A DNA stretch of 45,635 nt from Candidatus Rokuibacteriota bacterium (lineage in GTDB: Bacteria > Methylomirabilota > Methylomirabilia > Rokubacteriales > DASRDR01), in assembly GCA_044866005.1 (NCBI GenBank), contig JBIOTN010000127.1, positions 1 through 45,635 of the forward strand. The letters run 5' to 3'. A program made the translations under genes and the position numbers. A model generated the notes under the pieces. The model searched no databases and had not been told where the DNA came from. It saw nothing but the letters and a program-made list of their open reading frames with translations. Position 1 is the first letter of the stretch. The number at the start of each line of letters is the position of its first letter. Shown here piece after piece: positions 27,553-35,769 of the stretch.

Positions 27553-28797
27553 TCAGGTCGTCTCGGCCGCACGCCCCAGGATGAGGGCCGAATGCGTCCC
27601 GCCGAACCCATGCGCCGAGATCAGGAGCCGGTTCACACGGGCCACGCGCCCTCGGCCGGCCACGAAGTCGAGGTCGCACTCGGGGTCGGGGATGTCGTGG
27701 TTCAGGGTCGGGGGGACGAACTGTTCCTCCAGGGTGAAGCATCCCGCCACGACCTGCAGGGCGCCCGCGGCGGCAAGCGACTGCCCGGTGATCGGCTTGA
27801 TCGAGCTGATGGGGATGTTGTAGGCGTGCGGGCCGAAGACACCGCGATAGGCCGCCGCCTCCGCGCGGTCGTAGTACGGGAGCCCATTTCCGTGGGCGTT
27901 GATGTGGTCGACGTCGGTCGGGTCGAGCCTGGCCATCCGAAGGGCGGCGCGCATGGCTTCCTGGAGTGCCCCGCCGGCCGGATCGACGGTGACGAGGTGG
28001 ACGGCCTCGCTGGCACTGCCGAACCCCAGGACTTCGGCGTACACGGGCGCGCCGCGCGCCCGGGCGTGATCGAGCTCCTCCAGAACGAAGGCGCCCGCGC
28101 CTTCGCCCATCACGAAGCCGCTGTGCGCGGCGTCGAACGGTCGGAGCGCCTGGGGCGGCGGGCCCGGCCACCTGGAGAGGACGCCCAGCGTGCACCAGGC
28201 GGCCTGGGTGTAGCTCGAGATCGGCGCCTCGGCGGCCCCGGCGAGGACTCCAGCGAGCGAGCCGCTCCGGATCTGCTGGTAACTCCACTGGACGACATCG
28301 ATCCCCGTCGCGCAGCCGGAAGCGAGCGTCATCGTCTGCCCTTTGAGCCCCAGCTCGACGGAAATGTGGCCGGTCACCGCATGGCCCGCGCTTTCCAGGA
28401 TGGCGGACGGGGAGAGATCGCGCATCCCGCTCTGCGCGAACAGCTCGATGCCGCCCTGGATCTGGTCGACGGCGTTCGCGGAGCTGCCGAAGCAGACGGC
28501 GAAGCAGGACGATCGTGGGGCGGACGCCAGCCCGGCATCCTCGTACGCCATCCGGGCGGCCGCGACCCCGAACTGGGCGAACCGTCCCATCGTGACCGCG
28601 GCCTTGTGGCTCATGAACTCTCGCGGTTCGAACCCCTTGACCTCGGCGGCCACGCGGCACGGGTAGGGGCTCGGGTCGAAGAGGGTGACCGTGTCGATGC
28701 CGGAGAGCCCCTCGCGGAGGGCGTGCCAGAACGCTTTGACGCCGATGCCGACCGGGGTGACCGCCCCCAGGCCCGTGATGACGACCCGACGATCCAC
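27553..28797 (-). CDS. Beta-ketoacyl-ACP synthase family protein, atypical active site (Cys-His-Gln)
   Basis: RRVVITGLG, SGCATG (Cys kept), RPFD..GFVMGEGAG, NAHGNG, SIKPITGQSLAAAG (His replaced by Gln), HGFGG. Confidence 0.88.
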   Translation of the reverse strand: MDRRVVITGLGAVTPVGIGVKAFWHALREGLSGIDTVTLFDPSPYPCRVAAEVKGFEPREFMSHKAAVTMGRFAQFGVAAARMAYEDAGLASAPRSSCFAVCFGSSANAVDQIQGGIELFAQSGMRDLSPSAILESAGHAVTGHISVELGLKGQTMTLASGCATGIDVVQWSYQQIRSGSLAGVLAGAAEAPISSYTQAAWCTLGVLSRWPGPPPQALRPFDAAHSGFVMGEGAGAFVLEELDHARARGAPVYAEVLGFGSASEAVHLVTVDPAGGALQEAMRAALRMARLDPTDVDHINAHGNGLPYYDRAEAAAYRGVFGPHAYNIPISSIKPITGQSLAAAGALQVVAGCFTLEEQFVPPTLNHDIPDPECDLDFVAGRGRVARVNRLLISAHGFGGTHSALILGRAAETT

Positions 28798-28798
28798 C

Positions 28799-29140
28799 TC
28801 AGGCGCCTCCCGGTATCGGCCGGCGGCCGGCCGGTGAGTCGCCGGGATCGCCGGGATTGCGCCGCCGCCGCTCCGAGGGCCGAGGCGAGTTCGCCTGCTC
28901 GTGGGCCAACCGCTGGACGACGCGGACGATGTCCGCCACCGTCTGGAGCTTGGCGACTTGCTCGTCGCTGATCCCGATGTCGAACTGCCGCTCGACCGCG
29001 ATCGCCAGCTCGACCGCGTCCAGGGAGTCCATGCCCAGCTCGTCGACGAGCTTCGCGTCGAGCCGGATGTCCTCCGGCGGAATGCCGAGCCGGTTCGTCA
29101 GGATCTGCTTGACGCGCGCTTCCAGGTCGGGGATGTGCAT
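28799..29140 (-). CDS. Acyl carrier protein with C-terminal extension
   Basis: LGMDSLDAVELAIAVERQFDIGISDE phosphopantetheine attachment motif. Confidence 0.92.
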   Translation of the reverse strand: MHIPDLEARVKQILTNRLGIPPEDIRLDAKLVDELGMDSLDAVELAIAVERQFDIGISDEQVAKLQTVADIVRVVQRLAHEQANSPRPSERRRRNPGDPGDSPAGRRPIPGGA

Positions 29141-29174
29141 GTGAGTTCCCGTCGCCGTCCCGGTCCCGGCAGCG

Positions 29175-30404
29175 TCAGTCGGCGGCCTGTTTGAACACGA
29201 GAATCGCGTTGGTCCCCCCGAAGGCGAAGGAGTTCGACATCGCGGCCCGGACCGGCATCGGGCGGCTCACGTTCGGGACGTAGTCGAGGTCGCATTCCGG
29301 GTCCGGCGTCTCGTAGTTGATCGTCGGCGGCACCAGGCCCTTGTCCAGCGCCAGCACGCTCGCCACGGCCTCGATCGCCCCCGCGGCGCCGATCAGATGT
29401 CCCGTCATGGACTTCGTCGAGCTCACCGCCACACGGCGCGCGTGCTCGCCGAAGACGCGCTTGATCGCCGTGGTCTCGTTGACGTCGTTGTGGGGGGTCG
29501 ACGTCCCGTGGGCGTTGATGTAGTCGATGTCCTCCGGGCGCAGCCCGGCGTCGGCGAGGGCGAGGGCGATCGCGCGGGCCGGCCCGTCGTTCGACGGCGC
29601 CGTCGGGTGGTGGGCGTCCGCGGTGAGCCCGTAGCCGACGACCTCCGCATAGACCGGCGCGCCCCGGGCGTACGCGGTCTCCAGCGCCTCGAGGACCAGG
29701 ATGCCCGCGCCCTCCGCCAGCACGAAGCCGTCCCGGTTCCGGTCGAAGGGGCGGCTGGCGCGCGCGGGCGCGACGTTGGCCGTGGAGAGCGCGCGGAGCG
29801 CGCAGAAGCACCCGACGATGACCGGGTGGATCAGCGCGTCGGTGCCGCCGGCCAGCATGACGTCGGCGTCACCGCGCTGGATGATCCGGAAGGCGTCACC
29901 GATCGCCTGGGTCCCCGCCGCGCACGCCGTCGTCGCGGACGCGATGGGACCGCGAGCCCCGGTGCGCATGGAGACCCAGCCGGCCGCCATGTTGGGGAGA
30001 TAGCCCGGCATGGCGTACGGGCTGATCCCGCTCGGGCCCTCGCGCCGGAGCGCGTCGTAAGCCGCGATGAGCCAGGGGACCCCGCCCATCCCGGAACCGA
30101 TCGACACCCCGACCCGCTCGCCTTGCCCGTCGATCTTCAGATTCGCCTCGGCGATCGCCTCGTTGGCCGCGGTCAAGGCGTACTGGATGAAGGTGTCGGT
30201 CCGGACGACATCGCGGCGTGGCAGGTGCTCGAGCGGATCGAACCCGCGGACCTCGCCGGCGACCTGGCTGGGGAATGAAGCGGGATCGAACTTGGAAATC
30301 CGGGTGATGCCGCTCATCCCGTCACGGAGAGCGTTCCAGAACGCGTCGACCCCGACGCCCACCGGGGAGACGACGCCCATTCCAGTGATCACCACGCGGC
30401 GCAT
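29175..30404 (-). CDS. fabF: Beta-ketoacyl-ACP synthase II (FabF-type)
   Basis: GGGAGG SD then ATG 30404; TACAAG, NAHGTST, TKSMTGHL, NSFAFGG give an intact Cys-His-His triad. Confidence 0.9.
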   Translation of the reverse strand: MRRVVITGMGVVSPVGVGVDAFWNALRDGMSGITRISKFDPASFPSQVAGEVRGFDPLEHLPRRDVVRTDTFIQYALTAANEAIAEANLKIDGQGERVGVSIGSGMGGVPWLIAAYDALRREGPSGISPYAMPGYLPNMAAGWVSMRTGARGPIASATTACAAGTQAIGDAFRIIQRGDADVMLAGGTDALIHPVIVGCFCALRALSTANVAPARASRPFDRNRDGFVLAEGAGILVLEALETAYARGAPVYAEVVGYGLTADAHHPTAPSNDGPARAIALALADAGLRPEDIDYINAHGTSTPHNDVNETTAIKRVFGEHARRVAVSSTKSMTGHLIGAAGAIEAVASVLALDKGLVPPTINYETPDPECDLDYVPNVSRPMPVRAAMSNSFAFGGTNAILVFKQAAD

Positions 30405-30464
30405 CCGAGCCTCCCGACTCCGAGGCGGCCGACGCTGCGCTCGGGGCCCCCCGACGTGAACGCC

Positions 30465-30524
30465 CGAAAAACGACAGATGCGTTGTAAGCTACTAAAAAC
30501 CAAGCAAAAGCTTGCAAGGAAAAA
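30465..30524 (-). promoter_or_regulatory. AT-rich upstream (promoter) region of the ketosynthase-kinase operon
   Basis: AAAAACGACAGATGCGTTGTAAGCTACTAAAAACCAAGCAAAAGCTTGCAAGGAAAAA is conspicuously AT-rich for this window; no clean -35/-10 pair resolved. Confidence 0.4.
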
Positions 30525-30628
30525 CCGCCCCGTCCCCCGGCCCTAGATTGTGGGCCTCCTGGCCCCGGACCCCCAACCCGCGGGGTCATCGGGGTTTCTC
30601 CGCGGCCACCGGTATAATGGATACCGCG

Positions 30629-31081
30629 ATGGCTGCCGTCCGGGCTCTCGGTCACGTCGTCCTCAAGGTCCGCGACCTCGACCGGGCCGCCGCCTTCTAT
30701 CGCGACGTGCTGGGCCTCCGGGAGGTCGCGCGGGACCCGGAGGCCGCGATGGCGTTCTTCACTGCCGAAGATTCGGGCAACCATCACGACGTGGCGCTGG
30801 TCGCGATGGGGGCCGACGCCCCGGCCCCGAGCCCCCGCGCCGTCGGCCTGGCCCACGTCGCCTTCAAAGTGGGCGGGGGGTTGGACGATCTCCGCGCGAT
30901 GCGAGCCCGCCTCCAGCGCCACGGCGTCCGACTTCTCGGCATGAGCGACCACGTCGTGAGCCAGTCGCTGTACTTCAGCGATCCGGACGGCAACACGCTC
31001 GAGTGCTACGTCGACGCCGACCCCGCCATCTGGCGCCGGGACCCCGCGTCGGTCGCGACCACCCGCCCCCTCCGCCTGTAG
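30629..31081 (+). CDS. VOC/glyoxalase family protein (catechol 2,3-dioxygenase-like)
   Basis: LGHVVLKVRDL..FYRDVLGL, HHDVAL, GLAHVAF, SLYFSDPDGNTLE; TATAAT at 30613-30618. Confidence 0.88.
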   Translation: MAAVRALGHVVLKVRDLDRAAAFYRDVLGLREVARDPEAAMAFFTAEDSGNHHDVALVAMGADAPAPSPRAVGLAHVAFKVGGGLDDLRAMRARLQRHGVRLLGMSDHVVSQSLYFSDPDGNTLECYVDADPAIWRRDPASVATTRPLRL

Positions 31082-31174
31082 CCCCCGGGGCGCGGTTCCC
31101 GACACCGCGCCGGCCGGAACCCCCCCGCGCACCGTCACGGCCCGGACCCGAATGGTTACACCGCTCTTGCACCG

Positions 31175-31190
31175 TTGACCCAAGGGTCAA
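31175..31190. promoter_or_regulatory. Palindromic candidate operator
   Basis: TTGACCC-AA-GGGTCAA, perfect 7-bp inverted repeat. Confidence 0.35.
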
Positions 31191-31400
31191 GCGTCCGAGA
31201 ATGAACCGCAAGAAGCGGGCCAGCGGACCGTCGAGGCCGATTCCAGTCCTGGCGCGGACTTACGCCAGCCTCTCGCACCAAGCGCCGCCCGAGTGCCCAA
31301 GAGACAGTGCAGTGGGTGCACAGTTTTATGGGCACCTCGCGGGGATCCGCGCTCAGGGCAGGACAGGGGGGGCCTGCCGGGGGGGCCTGCCTGGGGGCGT

Positions 31401-32450
31401 CTACGCACCGCGACGGGCGACTTCCTCGGCGAGCGCCCGATGCTCGGAGCAGCCGATGACCTGGGGGTGGGGGGCCGGACCGCGCGTCGCCAGGAGCCTC
31501 TGAAGCACGGCCCGGCGAGCGGCCGCCGCCCGGAGGGACAGCCGCCCGGCCGCGACCGCCGCGACGATCGCCGAGACCGCCTCGCGCCGGGCGCCCGCGT
31601 CGCGGCAGACGAGCGCCAGGTCTCCCCCCGCCTCGAGGAACCGCACCGCGGCTTCCGCCACGCCCCAGGTCGACGCGACCGCGCCCATCTCGAGGTCGTC
31701 GCTCAACACGACGCCCGCGAACCCGAGCCGCCGGCGCAGGAGGTCGCCGATCACGATGGACGAGAGCGACGCGGGGGCCGCCGGGTCGAGGGCCGGATAC
31801 CGGACGTGGGCGACGAGCACGGCGGGGCAGCCCGACGCGAACGCCCGGCGGAACGGCAGGAGCTCGACGGCCTCCAGCGCCGGCAGCGGGGTGTCGACCA
31901 CGGGCAGGGCGACGTGGGAGTCGACCGGCGTGCGCCCGTGGCCGGGGAAGTGCTTGGCGACCGGGATGAGCCCCTCGTCGAGGGCCGCCGCGACGAAGGC
32001 CGCGCCGCACGCGGCCACCCTCTCCGGGTCCGCCGCGAAGGCGCGGTCGCCGATCACCGCCGCACGGGGATCGGTGAGGCAGTCGAGCACCGGGGCGAGG
32101 CCCGAGTCGAAGCCCGCGGCCCGCAGCTCGCGCGCCATGGCGCGCGCGACCGCGGCGGCGAGCGCGGGGTCTCCCGCGCGCCCGACCGCGGCGGCCGGCG
32201 GAAAGCGGGTGAAGGGCGCCGGCAAGCGGTGGACCCGGCCGCCCTCGTGGTCCACGAGCAGCAGGACCTCGGGACCGAGCGCGTGCGCGGCCGCGGTCAG
32301 CGCCAGCACGGCGTCGAGGCTGGGACAGTTCCGCGCGAAGAGGATGACCCCGCCGAGCCCGACCGTCTCGGCCTGCGCGACCAGATCGTCGGGGAGGCGC
32401 GTGCCCTCGAAGCCCACCGCGAGGCTCTCGCCGGGTCGCGCGGCGTCCAT
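31401..32450 (-). CDS. nagZ: Beta-N-acetylhexosaminidase (GH3)
   Basis: GGVILFARN, VDHEGGRV, KHFPGHGRTPVDSH NagZ signature, SDDLEM; start ATG 32450. Confidence 0.92.
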   Translation of the reverse strand: MDAARPGESLAVGFEGTRLPDDLVAQAETVGLGGVILFARNCPSLDAVLALTAAAHALGPEVLLLVDHEGGRVHRLPAPFTRFPPAAAVGRAGDPALAAAVARAMARELRAAGFDSGLAPVLDCLTDPRAAVIGDRAFAADPERVAACGAAFVAAALDEGLIPVAKHFPGHGRTPVDSHVALPVVDTPLPALEAVELLPFRRAFASGCPAVLVAHVRYPALDPAAPASLSSIVIGDLLRRRLGFAGVVLSDDLEMGAVASTWGVAEAAVRFLEAGGDLALVCRDAGARREAVSAIVAAVAAGRLSLRAAAARRAVLQRLLATRGPAPHPQVIGCSEHRALAEEVARRGA

Positions 32451-32470
32451 TGCGGCGGGCCGCCGGAGTC

Positions 32471-33847
32471 CTAGGCGGGGGCCGCCGGCCGTCCGGCGGT
32501 CGGGAAGTACTTCAGCATCCAGGCGAGGACCAGGAGGCCAGGCAGGGCGAGCAGGGTCGAGAGCGCGAAGAACACCACCCACTCGACCCGATCGGCGATG
32601 ATGCCGCTCGTCGAGGAGAGGACCGTGCGGCCGACGGCCATGAATGACGAGAACAGGGCGTACTGGGTCGCGGTGTACGCGACGTTGCACAGCACCGACA
32701 GGTAGGCGACGAACGCCGCCGACCCCATCCCGCCGGCCAGGTTCTCGAAGCCGATCGTGAGGACCAGTACGCGGAGGTCCCGTCCGGCGAGCGCCTGCAC
32801 GGCGAACAGGAGGTTGGAGAGCATCTGGAGGATCCCGCAGACCAGGAGCGCCCGCATCACCCCGAAGCGGCCGACGAGGAGACCGCCGACGAACACGCCG
32901 GTCAGCGTGGCGGCGAGGCCGAAGATCTTGGTGATGGCGGCGATCTCCGCCTTGGTGAACCCCGTCTTGACGTAAAAGGGGTTCGCCATCACGCCGGCGA
33001 ACGCGTCGCCGAACTTGTAGAGGAGGATGAAGGCCAGGACGAGCAGCGCCGCGCGGCCGCCGTTCCGGTGGACGAACTCCGCGACGGGCTCGACGATCGC
33101 CTGGCGCAGCCGGGCGAGGCCACGGGGTCCGGCATCCGGGGCGGGCGCCGCGCCGACGGGCGGCTCGCGGCAGGAGAGCGTCGTGCCGAGACCGATCAGC
33201 CCGAGCAGCCCCGCCATCGCCGCGTAGACCCAGACCCACGGGACGAACTCGGCGAGCAACAGGGCCCCGGCCCCGCTCGCCAGCATCCCGATGCGGTAGC
33301 CGAACTGGGTCATCGCGGCACCGGCCCCCTGCTCCCGTTCCGCCAGGATCTCGATGCGGTACGCGTCCACGACGATGTCCTGGCTCGCCGAGAAGAAGGA
33401 GACGAGCAGCGCCGCGAGCGCGGTCCAGAACGCCGTCTGGCCCGGCCGCGTGGCGCCGAGGGCGACGATCGCCATGACCAGGCAGGCCTGGATCGCGAGG
33501 AGCCACGACCGCCGGCGGCCGAGCCGCGGTGTCAGGAGCGGGATGGGGACGCGATCGATGATCGGGGCCCACAGGAACTTGACGGCGTAGGGCGTGCCGA
33601 CCATCGCGAAGAGCCCGATCGCCGTGAGCGTCACGCCCTCCTCGGTGAGCCAGATGGACAGCGTGGACAGGGTGAGGAGGAGCGGCAGGCCGCTGGCGAA
33701 GCCGAGCGCGAGGACGACGAGGAGGCGTGGCTCGAGGTAGAGCGCCCCGACCTCGAGCCAGGCGCGGGCCCGTCCGCCGGCCCGTGGCCGCGTCCCGTCC
33801 GCGGCAGGGGCGCCGGCCTGGTCCAGGGGTTCCTGGCGCACCTCCAT
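32471..33847 (-). CDS. ampG: AmpG family muropeptide MFS transporter
   Basis: GFASGLP, KFLWAPIID, GRRRSW, SASQDIVVDAYRIE, TATQYALFSS; adjacent to nagZ. Confidence 0.92.
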   Translation of the reverse strand: MEVRQEPLDQAGAPAADGTRPRAGGRARAWLEVGALYLEPRLLVVLALGFASGLPLLLTLSTLSIWLTEEGVTLTAIGLFAMVGTPYAVKFLWAPIIDRVPIPLLTPRLGRRRSWLLAIQACLVMAIVALGATRPGQTAFWTALAALLVSFFSASQDIVVDAYRIEILAEREQGAGAAMTQFGYRIGMLASGAGALLLAEFVPWVWVYAAMAGLLGLIGLGTTLSCREPPVGAAPAPDAGPRGLARLRQAIVEPVAEFVHRNGGRAALLVLAFILLYKFGDAFAGVMANPFYVKTGFTKAEIAAITKIFGLAATLTGVFVGGLLVGRFGVMRALLVCGILQMLSNLLFAVQALAGRDLRVLVLTIGFENLAGGMGSAAFVAYLSVLCNVAYTATQYALFSSFMAVGRTVLSSTSGIIADRVEWVVFFALSTLLALPGLLVLAWMLKYFPTAGRPAAPA

Positions 33848-33854
33848 CCCGCGC

Positions 33855-33860
33855 ATTGTA
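33855..33860 (-). promoter_or_regulatory. -10 box for probable leaderless ampG transcript
   Basis: TACAAT lies 7 nt upstream of ATG 33847. Confidence 0.5.
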
Positions 33861-34080
33861 CCCGACGTCCCCCACCGTGCCCGCGCCCTCGGCGTCCGGC
33901 CCGGTCGCGGGCGGACGAATTCGTCGACGCGACGTACCGGGAGGGACCGGGGCGCGGGCCGGCGCGGTCGCCGAGGGCGGGGCTTGCCCGGCGTTCGCGC
34001 GGGGTCCCCGTGTGGTACCGCCCGTGCATCCGGGCGTGACGGGTGGCGGGATTCGCCGGGGGCAGGAAGGGGAGGGGCGC

Positions 34081-35415
34081 GTGAGCGAGCGACCGACGGT
34101 TTCGGTGGGACCCTCGCCGTCGAACGGTCACGGCCCCCGGCTCCCGGCGGCCGGGCCGGCGCGCGCGCCCGGCCTCGACCTCGGTGAGCCGGTGATCCGG
34201 CTCGTCGACCAGATCGTCCGCCAGGGGCTCGCCGACGGCGCGAGCGACATCCACATCGAGCCGCACGCCGACCGCCTGGGGGTCCGCGCCCGGATCGACG
34301 GGTTCCTGGTCCGGGCAGGGGACCTGCCGCTCTCGCTCCACACCGCCGTCGTGTCGCGGATCAAGATCATGGCGAACCTCGACATCGCCGAGCGGCGCGT
34401 CCCGCAGGACGGGCACATCCGGCTCCGGGCCGGCGGCGCCGAGGCCTACCTTCGCGTCTCGACCGTGCCGTGCCGCTATGGCGAGAAGGTCGTGCTGCGC
34501 CTGTTCGAGACGGAGCGAGGACTGCTCGGGCTCGAAGCGCTCGGCCTGGGCGATGACCAGCTCGCCGCGGTCACCGCCATGCTCGGCCACTCCCACGGGA
34601 TGATCCTCGTGACCGGGCCGACCGGGTGCGGCAAGAGCACGACCCTCCGCGCCTTCATCCACCGCCTCCGCGCCGAGCACCTCAACATCATCGCCGTGGA
34701 AGACCCGATCGAGTACGAGATCCCGGGTATCACGCAGATCCAGATCAACGAGCGCGTCGGTTTGACCTTCGCGGAATCGCTGCGCGCGATCCTGCGCCAG
34801 GACCCGGACATCATCATGCTGGGCGAGATCCGGGACGCCGAGACCGCGGAGATGGCCTTGCGCGCCTCGCTCACCGGGCACCTGCTGCTCAGCACCATGC
34901 ACACCAACGACGCGGCGAGCGCGATTCTCCGGCTCGTCGACCTCGGCATCGACCCGTACCTGATCGCGGCCTCGACCATCGGGGTCCTCGCCCAGCGGCT
35001 CGTGCGCCTGGTGTGCCCCGAATGCCGGGCGCCCGCCTCCCTGCAGCCGGCGTGGGCCGTCCGGTTCCCGCGGCTCGGCGAGGCCGGCGGGCGGCTCGCG
35101 CGCGGCCGCGGTTGCGCGGCCTGCCGCCAGACGGGCTATCTCGGGCGCACCGGCATCTACGAGCTCCTGGCCCTGGACTCGGAAACGCGCGCGCTCCTGG
35201 CGCGCGGGGCGGGCGGAAGCCGGTTCCACGAGGCCGTGCGGGAGGCGGGAATGCCCACGCTCTTCGACGACGGCCTCCGCAAGGTGGCGCTCGGCCTCAC
35301 CACGCTCGACGAGGTCCTCCGGGTGACCACGCCGCCGGCCGTCGGGCGCGCCGGCGGCCCGGCGCGCCCGGCCCCCGCCCCCGTGCGCGCCGAGCGCGCG
35401 AGCACGCTAGACTGA
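34081..35415 (+). CDS. GspE/PilB family extension ATPase lacking the N-terminal MshEN/N1 domain
   Basis: GGGGAGGGG SD then GTG 34081; ASDIHIEP, GPTGCGKSTT, AVEDPIE, LRQDPDIIMLGEIRD, GHLLLSTMH, CPEC..CAAC zinc motif. Confidence 0.9.
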   Translation: MSERPTVSVGPSPSNGHGPRLPAAGPARAPGLDLGEPVIRLVDQIVRQGLADGASDIHIEPHADRLGVRARIDGFLVRAGDLPLSLHTAVVSRIKIMANLDIAERRVPQDGHIRLRAGGAEAYLRVSTVPCRYGEKVVLRLFETERGLLGLEALGLGDDQLAAVTAMLGHSHGMILVTGPTGCGKSTTLRAFIHRLRAEHLNIIAVEDPIEYEIPGITQIQINERVGLTFAESLRAILRQDPDIIMLGEIRDAETAEMALRASLTGHLLLSTMHTNDAASAILRLVDLGIDPYLIAASTIGVLAQRLVRLVCPECRAPASLQPAWAVRFPRLGEAGGRLARGRGCAACRQTGYLGRTGIYELLALDSETRALLARGAGGSRFHEAVREAGMPTLFDDGLRKVALGLTTLDEVLRVTTPPAVGRAGGPARPAPAPVRAERASTLD

Positions 35416-35468
35416 GCCCGCGGGACTGCGGCCCGGCCGGGGCGGCTCGCGCGCGTCACGAAGGTCCT

Positions 35469-35532
35469 CCGAGCGCCGGCGTCGCCGCCGCAAGGCTGGG
35501 GGGCATCGGGGGCCTTCCGAGACCTCCCCGAA
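35469..35532 (-). repeat. Copy of the bipartite intergenic hairpin repeat
   Basis: Minus strand: TTCGGGGAGGTCTCGGAAGGCCCCCGATGCCCCCCAGCCTTGCGGCGGCGACGCCGGCGCTCGG. Confidence 0.7.
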
Positions 35533-35553
35533 CAACCAGAGGGGGGTGGCGCG

Positions 35554-35769
35554 GTGAGTCAGGCCGAGGTGTGGGAGATCCTGGGCGTCCGGCAGCTCGC
35601 GGCCGTCGACGAGCGCGCCGACGAGTTCACGGGGACGCTCCTGGTGCACCGGCGCGGGGCGCCGGAGCCGGTGGAGGCGATCGCGGTGGCGGTGAAGCGG
35701 AGCGTCCTCGCCGACGTCGAGGCGTACGTCGGCCGGTTGCTCGCGCGCTCCCGCGGCCTCACGGGCTGA
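35554..35769 (+). CDS. Small hypothetical protein (71 aa)
   Basis: GAGGGG SD then GTG; globular-looking composition and GC3-biased codons. Confidence 0.55.
   Translation: MSQAEVWEILGVRQLAAVDERADEFTGTLLVHRRGAPEPVEAIAVAVKRSVLADVEAYVGRLLARSRGLTG

Noticed and set aside
23012..28660. 1882-aa ORF as one giant protein
   Set aside because: Only 23012-25039 is protein-like; the upstream part is Arg/Pro/Gly-rich off-frame read-through over the real kinase and KS genes.
23087..28971. 1024-aa and 1277-aa plus-strand ORFs
   Set aside because: Antisense shadows of the kinase and KS genes with no recognisable domains.
27553..30404. Aromatic type II PKS (KS-alpha/CLF) call
   Set aside because: The second KS keeps the active-site Cys rather than the CLF Gln, and no cyclase, aromatase or ketoreductase is present.
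31250..31265. Sigma54 promoter TGGCGCGGACTTACG
   Set aside because: Lacks the GC at -12 in the GG-N10-GC spacing, and no gene start follows.
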